Source: an uncultured Planctomycetaceae bacterium (lineage in GTDB: Bacteria > Planctomycetota > Planctomycetia > Pirellulales > Thermoguttaceae). Taken from it: a DNA stretch of 35,133 bases. The translations under genes and the position numbers were made by a program. Shown here piece after piece: positions 8,916 through 16,458 of the stretch. The DNA lies in assembly GCA_964458015.1 (NCBI GenBank), contig CAYWGR010000035.1, forward strand, positions 1 to 35,133, in the 5' to 3' direction. Numbering within the stretch: the first letter of the stretch is position 1; every line of letters begins with the position of its first letter. The notes beneath the pieces are model-generated. The model was given only the letters and a program-made list of their open reading frames with translations, was not told the DNA's origin and searched no databases.

Positions 8916-9310
8916 AAACCTCCCCTCGCCCGCTTTTCGGGAGAGGGGCCGAGGGTGAGGGCAGCAGGTATCGTCACTTTAGGTTGCAGGCCATCGTAAC
9001 TCATTGCATGGCGCATCACAAAAGTGATGCATATTTCTTACAAAACATCCGATCCGCGAAATAACGTATAATAGAAGAATGTTACCGCTGAGGACGCGAA
9101 ATACGTGAAGAAAACACTTTGATTTGCACGGATATGTAAACTGTATTCCTAACTCCATAGATCGTGAAGTTTTTAACAAAGTCTAGCGACCAACGGGAGC
9201 GAATCGAAGCCGACCGAGCGGTAGCTCGTATTGGTTGGCGGCCCTGCCGCCCTGTGAACAACGACATTTCCAAACATCCGTGTTTATCTGTGTCTATCTG
9301 TGGTTCCAAA

Positions 9311-10474
9311 ATGCCTTCTCTGCGATCTCGGCCATTTCATCGCATGATCTTCGTTGCGTTCGTTCTTCTGGGAGGAGTTTTCTTCCCCGCTTCACTCTCC
9401 GCGATGGACCAACTAACGCTCAAGCGTGACGGCAAAACGGTGGAAGTCGCCGGCCGCGTGTTGGTTACTGCCCAAGACGGCGGACTGCTGCTTTTGGCGC
9501 GTGATGGCCAGCTATGGTTGATTCCGCCCGAGGAACAAGTTGAACGCACAACCGACGCCGCGTCCTTCGCTCCGCTTTCGCGCGAAGAGATGACCAAACA
9601 AATCTTGGCCGAGCTGCCACAAGGTTTCAAAGTACATTCGACGACGCACTATCTGATTTTCTACGACACCTCGCTTTCCTACGCTCAATGGTGCGGCTCG
9701 CTATTTGAGCGGCTCTACATGGCGTTCACGAATCTTTGGACCCGCAAGGGCTTTGAACTAAAAGAGCCTGAATTCCCCCTGGTGGCAATCGTTTTTGCCG
9801 ACAAGAGATCGTACCTGAAATACTCCCAACCGGAATTGGGCGACGCAGGCAAGTCGATCATCGGTTACTTCGGCCTGACCTCGAACCGCATGACGATGTA
9901 CGACCTCACCGGCGTGGAAGCACAAGGACACGGCCGCGTTTCAACGGCGGCCCAGATCAACCAAATCCTGACCCAGCCCGAGGCTCTCCGCACCGTCTCG
10001 ACGATTGTCCACGAAGCCACACACCAAATCGCATTCAACTGCGGCCTGCACACCCGGCTGAGCGATTGCCCTCGCTGGTTCAGCGAAGGGATCGCCGAGT
10101 ATTTCGAAACGCCCGACTTGCGCAGCGCCAAAGGGTGGAGCGGCATCGGCAGCGTCAATCGCGCCCGGGTCGATCAGTTCCAAAAATATCTTCCCGACCG
10201 GCCTGACAATTCGCTGGAAACGCTGATCCGCGACGATCGGCGATTCACCAACCCCAAAAAGGCGTTAGACGCCTACGCCGAAGCCTGGGCACTCACGTAT
10301 TTCCTGATGCGTCAGCACCCCAAGGAATATGTGGCCTACTTACGGATGCTTTCGACCAAAAAGCCCTTAATGCCCGACACCCCCGAGCGAAGGGTAGACG
10401 ATTTTCGCCAAGCCTTTGGCGATCTTGCCCAGCTTAACACGAAATTTTTACGTTTTATGAATGGAGTCCGGTAG
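9311..10474 (+). CDS. Secreted DUF1570-like protein with an HExxH motif (putative zinc metallopeptidase-like)
   Basis: A signal peptide (MPSLRSRPFHRMIFVAFVLLGGVFFPASLSA) precedes VHEATHQIAFNCGLH (HExxH). The family is typical of Planctomycetes. The track ORF start at 9164 is probably an upstream over-extension, and ATG 9311 precedes the signal peptide. Confidence 0.6.
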   Translation: MPSLRSRPFHRMIFVAFVLLGGVFFPASLSAMDQLTLKRDGKTVEVAGRVLVTAQDGGLLLLARDGQLWLIPPEEQVERTTDAASFAPLSREEMTKQILAELPQGFKVHSTTHYLIFYDTSLSYAQWCGSLFERLYMAFTNLWTRKGFELKEPEFPLVAIVFADKRSYLKYSQPELGDAGKSIIGYFGLTSNRMTMYDLTGVEAQGHGRVSTAAQINQILTQPEALRTVSTIVHEATHQIAFNCGLHTRLSDCPRWFSEGIAEYFETPDLRSAKGWSGIGSVNRARVDQFQKYLPDRPDNSLETLIRDDRRFTNPKKALDAYAEAWALTYFLMRQHPKEYVAYLRMLSTKKPLMPDTPERRVDDFRQAFGDLAQLNTKFLRFMNGVR

Positions 10475-10592
10475 AACACCGATGTTGGAGTAGTCGTAAA
10501 CAATATGGCTGGCTGGCAATAACCATTTTGCGAGCCCGCCGTACTATTAACGCTTCCAATAATAAGGGTGCGGCAATTTTTCCTGGCGGTTT

Positions 10593-10658
10593 TGTCATTC
10601 TGAGCGGAGCGAAGAATCTCCGTGATTCCGGCAAGATTCTTCGCTCCGCTCAGAATGA
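10593..10658. repeat. Copy 2 of the palindromic intergenic repeat, in inverted orientation
   Basis: It is a perfect 27/26-nt inverted repeat (GTCATTCTGAGCGGAGCGAAGAATCTC ... AGATTCTTCGCTCCGCTCAGAATGAC). Its 13-nt loop is approximately the reverse complement of the copy-1 loop. Confidence 0.85.
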
Positions 10659-10854
10659 CTATTTGCCATAATTTTTTGTCAGGCCCTAATTGAGTTCCAG
10701 CTTGTATTTTCTCCTTTGTTTTGGTAAATTGGGTGACATAGCAACTGACCTCTCGTGGTGCATACCGCCCAGCAGCGTCTCTTGCAGAACACACACCTTG
10801 TGTTTCTCCCTCCACATTCCGTTTCATTCTCTCACTTGAAAAGGATCTCCGCTT

Positions 10855-12180
10855 ATGACGCAGCGACCTTCGGCCGTTTCTTCGTCTCACTCCAACCGAC
10901 GCGATTTTCTGAAAACCACCTCGGCCCTGGCTGCGGCGGGTGCCTTGGCCGGCAATTTGTCGATCGGCCGCTCGGCCCATGCCGCCGGTGACGACCTTCT
11001 GAAAATCGGTTTGATTGGTTGCGGCGGACGTGGTACCGGCGCCGCCATGAATGCCTTGGGCGCCGACAAGAATTGCAAACTCGTTGCCATGGCCGACGCC
11101 TTCGGCGACCGCTTGCAAGGCAGCTTGGACGCCATCAAGAAGGCAGCTCCCGACAAAGTGGCTGTCCAGCCGGACCACTGCTTTGTGGGCCTGGATGCCG
11201 GTCAGAAGTTGATCGACAGCGGCGTTGACGTAGTTCTGCTGTGCGAGCCGCCTCACTTCCGCCCGATCCACCTGAAGGCCGCCATTGCCGCCGGCAAGCA
11301 CGTCTTCGCCGAAAAGCCCGTCGCAGTCGATCCCACCGGCGTTCGCAGCGTATTGGCTTCCGCCGAAGAGGCCAAGAAGAAGAATCTGAACCTCGTCGCC
11401 GGCTTGTGCTGGCGCTATGATTCCGGCGTTCGCGAAACAATGAAGCGCGTTCTCGACGGCGCGATCGGCGACATCCACACGATTCAAGAAACCTACCTAA
11501 CCGGCGAGCTCTGGGAACGCCCCCGACAGCCTGACTGGACCGAAATGACGTTCCAGTTGCGAAACTGGTACTATTTCACATGGCTCTCCGGCGATTTCAA
11601 CAACGAACAGCACGTGCATAGCCTCGACAAAGCGGCCTGGGCCATGCACGACGAACCGCCCGTGCGAGCTTGGGGCGTGGGCGGACGCCAAGTCCGCACC
11701 GCTTCGAAGTTCGGAAATATCTTCGACCACCACGCCGTGGTATACGAATACAAAAACGGCACGCACGTCTACTCGTTCTGCCGTCAAACGGCCGGCTGCT
11801 ACGGCGATTGCTCCGACAATTTCGTCGGCACCAAGGGACGAGCGAATATCATCCCACACAACAAGATCGAGGGCGAAAATCCCTGGCAATATAAAGGCCC
11901 CAAGCCGAGCATGTACGACGTCGAGCACCAAGAGCTGTTCGCCGCCATTCGCTCGGGCAAGACGATCAACAACGGCGTGTATCTGGCCCGCAGCACGATG
12001 CTGGCCGTTCTGGGCCGCATGGTCAACTACACCGGCCAAACGCTGACGTGGGATCAAGCCATCAACTCGCAAGAACTCCTAGCGCCGGCCGCGTACACCT
12101 TCGACGCCGTGCCGCCGATTCTTCCCGACAAGGATGGCCAATATCCCATCGCCGTGCCGGGCAAGACGCAGATCGTTTAG
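10855..12180 (+). CDS. Gfo/Idh/MocA-family NAD(P)-dependent oxidoreductase with a Tat signal peptide
   Basis: RRDFLKTTSALAAAGALAG is a twin-arginine motif. KIGLIGCGGRGTGAA is a Rossmann GxGxxG. The EKP motif and length (441 aa) are typical of periplasmic Gfo/Idh/MocA dehydrogenases. There is a good RBS (AAAAGGA-N10-ATG). Confidence 0.8.
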   Translation: MTQRPSAVSSSHSNRRDFLKTTSALAAAGALAGNLSIGRSAHAAGDDLLKIGLIGCGGRGTGAAMNALGADKNCKLVAMADAFGDRLQGSLDAIKKAAPDKVAVQPDHCFVGLDAGQKLIDSGVDVVLLCEPPHFRPIHLKAAIAAGKHVFAEKPVAVDPTGVRSVLASAEEAKKKNLNLVAGLCWRYDSGVRETMKRVLDGAIGDIHTIQETYLTGELWERPRQPDWTEMTFQLRNWYYFTWLSGDFNNEQHVHSLDKAAWAMHDEPPVRAWGVGGRQVRTASKFGNIFDHHAVVYEYKNGTHVYSFCRQTAGCYGDCSDNFVGTKGRANIIPHNKIEGENPWQYKGPKPSMYDVEHQELFAAIRSGKTINNGVYLARSTMLAVLGRMVNYTGQTLTWDQAINSQELLAPAAYTFDAVPPILPDKDGQYPIAVPGKTQIV

Positions 12181-12212
12181 TTAGCGCGATACATTGCGTT
12201 TAACGCAGAAGT

Positions 12213-12249
12213 AAAACGCCGAGGGCGAACAGCCTTCGGCGTTTTTTTA
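12213..12249. terminator. Bidirectional rho-independent terminator between a convergent gene pair
   Basis: AAAACGCCGAGGG-CGAACA-GCCTTCGGCGTTTTTTT has a GC stem flanked by an A-run and a T-run. It lies between the stop of the oxidoreductase (12180) and the stop of the LysM gene (12247). Confidence 0.7.
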
Positions 12250-12801
12250 TGGATGGATCTTTGCCGGAATCTTCAGCTCAATGCCAATCGGCAACAGCTT
12301 GGGATCCGAAAGCGATTCCCGATTTGCCGCTAGAATTTCATCGGCCCGGGCCGACGTACCGAGATATCGCTCGGCCAGCGATTCCAACGTGTCGCCGTCC
12401 GCGACGCGATGCGTTTGTGCCGCACGATCCGCCATCGCCGCGACCGGCATCATCCGATCCATGGGCATACCCCAATGCACGCTAGGCGGCGGCTCAGTCT
12501 CCGGATACTTGGGCGAAAGAGCCGGCGGCGGTTCCTGACGATCCGACGGCGTAACCACAATCATCGGTCGAACCCCATTCGGAGACTCCCCAAGGTTGAT
12601 CGCCGTTTGGTCAACACCATGCCGGTGTTCGCCCAGCGGCCGCTTGTTGGCACGGACATGCAACAACGTCGTTTCTTTTTTGACGCTGGCCGCAGGAGCA
12701 ACCTCTTTCTGGGACGAATCGGATCGAAACAGCAGCGCCGCGCATACCCCCCCCATGAGCACGCACAACGCTAAGGCGATTTTTACGGCCGGATCCATCA
12801 T
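12247..12801 (-). CDS. LysM-domain membrane-anchored protein
   Basis: The C-terminus GDTLESLAERYLGTSARADEILAANRESLSDPKLLPIGIELKIP is a LysM motif. There is an N-terminal TM helix (VKIALALCVLMGGVCAALLF). The ATG-ATG start at 12801/12798 sits 9 nt after GGAGGG; the track ORF extends to 12837. Confidence 0.7.
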   Translation of the reverse strand: MMDPAVKIALALCVLMGGVCAALLFRSDSSQKEVAPAASVKKETTLLHVRANKRPLGEHRHGVDQTAINLGESPNGVRPMIVVTPSDRQEPPPALSPKYPETEPPPSVHWGMPMDRMMPVAAMADRAAQTHRVADGDTLESLAERYLGTSARADEILAANRESLSDPKLLPIGIELKIPAKIHP

Positions 12802-13084
12802 TACCCAACATCTCCCTCCTTCAGATATCGGGGCCATTTGCCGGAATTTGCAACAAACATCAGCGACTTTATCGCTTCACTCCCTTTCCCGTTACACTCC
12901 TACCGACTCTGGCGAAGATGCCGATTTAGCAGCCGAATAGACTTTTGCGTGCAACCCCTTTATTCAAATTATTCAATCCGAAACAACATCTCGAATACAA
13001 CAAATCTCCTCGCACTCTCCCTTTCCCTTTTCCCCCTTTTCCTTTTCCCGCCTGCCTACACCTCCGCCTTCTCTTTCTTTTTCC

Positions 13085-13119
13085 AAACAAAAAGCCCGCA
13101 GGATTGAAGTCCCACGGGC
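13085..13119 (-). terminator. Rho-independent terminator of the permease gene (minus strand)
   Basis: The minus-strand RNA is GCCCGUGGG-ACUUCAAU-CCUGCGGGC followed by UUUUUGUUUGG. The stem includes G-U wobble pairs. It lies 34 nt downstream of the stop at 13153. Confidence 0.6.
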
Positions 13120-13152
13120 TGATGGAATCCATCGATGGTTCAAAACAAACAA

Positions 13153-14691
13153 CTACAGAGCCGCCGGCGGCATCTCCAACTTACGGGTCCGAAGACCGAT
13201 GACCGACAGCACGAGATAAAGCACGAATCCCACAATAAATGCCGACATCGGCGGCACGGGAACGTAGTTTTCCCACTCCTGAAGATTGGGAAATGCACCG
13301 AGCACGCATTCCCACTTCCGCGCAAGAGCGGTGCCCACAAACAGGTTGAACGACCCCACGAGGAAGCCAAAGAACCAAGACAACCAACCGGCCGGATTAA
13401 ACCCAGCCCGCGGCCCTGACCACTTGCGGCCCGCCAACAGGAAATCGGCCAAAATTGCGCCGCAAATCGGACCGAACGAAGCGCCGATCACGACGAACAC
13501 GCCAACCACGTCGCCGGCTTTTCCACTGATCGCCAAAAAGACGGAAACCAACGTGCCGATACCGACCGAAATAAACGGATTCACCTTCGGCATCGTCGTC
13601 TTGAAACTGTTCGCGGCAATCAAGGCCGAGAAACACGCACCCGGGAAGGCCGAGATCGCCAATCCGATCATGGCGATATTCGCGAAGGTCTTGCCCAAAA
13701 TGTCAGGCATTAGCTGCACGGGATTCAGGATACCAAGGTGGGCCTGCGGGATCATGTCTTCGCAACCATACGCGCCGACAATGATCAGAATAACGGCCTC
13801 GCCCGTCAAAACCGTCGGTAAAACAAGCCCCGCAAGACCGCCGATATGCACGTCCTCCTCATTGCGGCTGCCCATGGCAATATCCGCGCCGGCAGCGCCC
13901 GCCGTCGCAAAGAAACCGATAATGTACGTGCAAAGATAGCTGATCACGCCCCATTTGCCGAGAATCTTGCCCCAAGGATCAGGCTGCTCGGCAATAGCGG
14001 CCTCGGCATTGGCAGGCTGCTGTGCTTCAACAGCGGCAGCGGCTTGCGGAACCTCGACCATCTTTTCCAACTTGAATGTTCGCAAACCGGGGAACGTAAC
14101 AGCCAACATAATCAAAATAACAACCACGGGAATCAACGGCAAATACGTCGCAATACGAGCTACGTATTGAATGCCTTTCAAACCGACAAACGCCGCACCG
14201 ACCGCCCAAACCGTGGCGATGATGCCGTAGGCCATGCCGGGTATCTCCACCATATCCGCGCCCGTCGGCCCTTTCACCATTCCTAGATCGAAGCACGTAC
14301 ACAAAATCGTGGCCGTACCCCACGCATTCACTCCCAACCATCCGAATTGCAAAATGCCCATCAAAAAGCCAGGCATGATCAATCCGCCAGTCACGCCGTA
14401 GGTCGATGTCCCCACGACATATAGCGGCAAGCCCGTTTTCGCGCCCAACATGGCCGGCGCCATGTAGAACAGAAAATGGCAAATCACCGCGGCAATAATC
14501 AGACCGAGAAAAGCCGGCCCAATGCCCGCGGTAATAATACCGCCGGGCGTGCCCGTCTTGCTCAAGTCCTGCCAAAACACAAACCACAACATGATGCCCG
14601 CATACGTGGGCGCAATCGTTTTGTACCAAGGGGCACGGTTGGCCCACGGCACCGGTTTCGCCTCGGCCACATAGGACGGCAAACTCGACAT
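13153..14691 (-). CDS. NCS1-family (nucleobase:cation symporter-1 / cytosine-purine permease-like) transporter
   Basis: The 512-aa product has about 12 predicted TM segments and a GAKTGLPLYVVGTSTYGVTGG motif resembling the NCS1 G-x-K-x-G-x-P-F-x-V-x-x-R-x-x-F-G signature. There is a strong SD (GGAGGGAGCTT-ATG). Confidence 0.55.
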   Translation of the reverse strand: MSSLPSYVAEAKPVPWANRAPWYKTIAPTYAGIMLWFVFWQDLSKTGTPGGIITAGIGPAFLGLIIAAVICHFLFYMAPAMLGAKTGLPLYVVGTSTYGVTGGLIMPGFLMGILQFGWLGVNAWGTATILCTCFDLGMVKGPTGADMVEIPGMAYGIIATVWAVGAAFVGLKGIQYVARIATYLPLIPVVVILIMLAVTFPGLRTFKLEKMVEVPQAAAAVEAQQPANAEAAIAEQPDPWGKILGKWGVISYLCTYIIGFFATAGAAGADIAMGSRNEEDVHIGGLAGLVLPTVLTGEAVILIIVGAYGCEDMIPQAHLGILNPVQLMPDILGKTFANIAMIGLAISAFPGACFSALIAANSFKTTMPKVNPFISVGIGTLVSVFLAISGKAGDVVGVFVVIGASFGPICGAILADFLLAGRKWSGPRAGFNPAGWLSWFFGFLVGSFNLFVGTALARKWECVLGAFPNLQEWENYVPVPPMSAFIVGFVLYLVLSVIGLRTRKLEMPPAAL

Positions 14692-14969
14692 AAGCTCCCT
14701 CCTCTACGTTAAAATGAGACCCGCCTTGCCCGGCAATCCGTCTAACGCTCTCACGCCGACATTTTCGTCAGGCTACGGAATAAAAGTATACAAGCTACCC
14801 CACGGAAGTAAATCAACAAACAGCCCCCGTTTCGGGCCGGTTGAAATTACACCGAGAAACTCTCCGCAAAGACGGCAAACTGCCCAACCACCAGCTAAAT
14901 TTGCCTTGACCGCCCAAGGCTCCCTAGAGTACCATACCCTGCCCATTTTCTCAAGCGGAAGGTCCAACT

Positions 14970-16310
14970 ATGAAGCCGTCTTATCGTCTCGCCTTGGCCC
15001 TCCTCTTGGTAATCGCCTTTGCCGCCCGTTCGGCTGTGAGCTTGGGTTGGCAACTCCACCTCGACGACCGCCTGTTCGGCATGGCCGATAGTGAAAGCTA
15101 CTGGGCACTCGGCCAAACCATCGCCGAAGGAAAACCTTACGCATTCGGCGAGGATCAAGCCCGCGTTTTTCGCACGCCCGGCTACCCCATCTTGCTTGCC
15201 CCGATTATCCGGCTTTATGGTGACGGTTTTAAGGGTGTTTTTTGGGCGAGGATTGAAGCGGCATTGTTTGGCGTCCTGGCTGTTGCAGGCGTATGGTGGC
15301 TTACCCGTCTTTTGTTCAACGACGCATCCGCATTGCTGGCCGCGGCCCTGGCAACCTTCTACCCCGGCGCCATTGCATCGAGTGTTCTTCTCCTAAGCGA
15401 AGCGCCCTTCTGTCCACTCCTGCTGCTGAATCTCGGCCTTTGGATCAAAGCATGGCAGGCCGAATCTACACGCAAAATCGCCGCCTGGGCATTTGCCACC
15501 GGAACTGTCGCCGGACTGGCCACGTTGGTCCGGCCTAGTTGGCTGCTGTTCACGCCATTTGCCGCACTCGTGGGAATACTCGTTGCCCTGGTGCGAAATA
15601 CAACCAATGCCGCCCCACAATCCGACGCAAAACATACCGACCGCTCGCCAATGATCGGCGTCACAGCCGGTCTGTTCACCCCTGTCTTGCATCGTCATAT
15701 CACAATCGCCTGTTGGATGCTGCCCGGCCTCATGCTGACTATGTCGCCCTGGTGGATCCGAAATGCCTGCGTAACCGGACGGTTCGTGCCCACGACGCTG
15801 CAGGTCGGTGCAAGTCTCTATGACGGCCTGAACCCAGAGGCCACCGGCGCGAGCAATATGGATTTCGTCGAACGGTTTACGGCCCAGGAACGCCAAACGC
15901 CGCCCTTATACCCCGGCGATTCGCTCGAAATGCGGCTCGACCAACGGATGCGATTCGAGGCTCTCCATTGGGCACATACCAACCCAGCCCGCGTTCTTCA
16001 ACTCGCGGGGATCAAATTCTTGCGTATGTGGAACATTTGGCCCAACGAACCTCGTTTTTCGCAAGCTCCCATCCGCTGGGCGGTATTTTTCACGTATACC
16101 CCGATCCTGTTTTTTGCCATAATGGGGGCGTGGCGAACCCTTGGTCAAGGATGGCCGTATGTATTGTGTTGGATTCCGGCCGTCTACTTAACTTTGTTGC
16201 ATACCGTGTTCGTCAGTTCGATCCGGTATCGCGAGCCTGCGATGCTGGCATTGCTAGCATTCGCCGCCGCCGCTGTTCTTTGCATAAGAAGAAAGGATTC
16301 AAAATCATAA
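14970..16310 (+). CDS. Membrane glycosyltransferase of the GT39/ArnT/PMT-like family
   Basis: It is multi-TM. The N-terminal loop YWALGQTIAEGKPYAFGEDQARVFRTPGYPILLAP resembles the PMT_2/ArnT dolichyl/undecaprenyl-phosphate-sugar transferase family, which is common in Planctomycetes. Confidence 0.6.
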   Translation: MKPSYRLALALLLVIAFAARSAVSLGWQLHLDDRLFGMADSESYWALGQTIAEGKPYAFGEDQARVFRTPGYPILLAPIIRLYGDGFKGVFWARIEAALFGVLAVAGVWWLTRLLFNDASALLAAALATFYPGAIASSVLLLSEAPFCPLLLLNLGLWIKAWQAESTRKIAAWAFATGTVAGLATLVRPSWLLFTPFAALVGILVALVRNTTNAAPQSDAKHTDRSPMIGVTAGLFTPVLHRHITIACWMLPGLMLTMSPWWIRNACVTGRFVPTTLQVGASLYDGLNPEATGASNMDFVERFTAQERQTPPLYPGDSLEMRLDQRMRFEALHWAHTNPARVLQLAGIKFLRMWNIWPNEPRFSQAPIRWAVFFTYTPILFFAIMGAWRTLGQGWPYVLCWIPAVYLTLLHTVFVSSIRYREPAMLALLAFAAAAVLCIRRKDSKS

Positions 16311-16386
16311 ATTTGCGATCGACGAAAAACCATTCAATCCACTTGCTGAAAAGAACTGCAAATTACATCGTAACAAACCATGTTTT

Positions 16387-16430
16387 CTAGCCCCTAGTCC
16401 CTAGCCCCTAATCCCTAATCCCTAATCCCT
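16387..16430 (+). repeat. C-rich heptamer/hexamer micro-repeat including (CCCTAA)x3, the telomere-like complement of TTAGGG
   Basis: CTAGCCCCTAGTCCCTAGCCCCTAATCCCTAATCCCTAATCCCT lies immediately upstream of the AsmA-like ORF. Confidence 0.7.
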
Positions 16431-16458
16431 GCTTACCAAACCACGGAGGGTTGGAACA

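Noticed and set aside
3314-13063. Shared 11-mer TGCCTACACCT inside both CT-rich tracts (3314-3324 and 13053-13063)
   Set aside because: Hundreds of chance 11-mer matches are expected in 35 kb (both strands). Low-complexity composition inflates this further.
14692-14969. Possible TPP riboswitch in the 5' leader of the NCS1 permease gene (minus strand). It contains GGGGTAGC and CCTGACGAAAATGTCGGCGTGAGAG, which resemble the GGGGUGCC and ACCUGAUCUGGAUAAUGCCAGCGUAGGGA elements.
   Set aside because: The CUGAGA motif of P3/J3-2 is absent, and the pyrophosphate-sensing GCGNAGGGA is not preserved (it reads GCGTGAGAG). The similarity is partial and could be chance. It would need cmsearch with RF00059 to revive.
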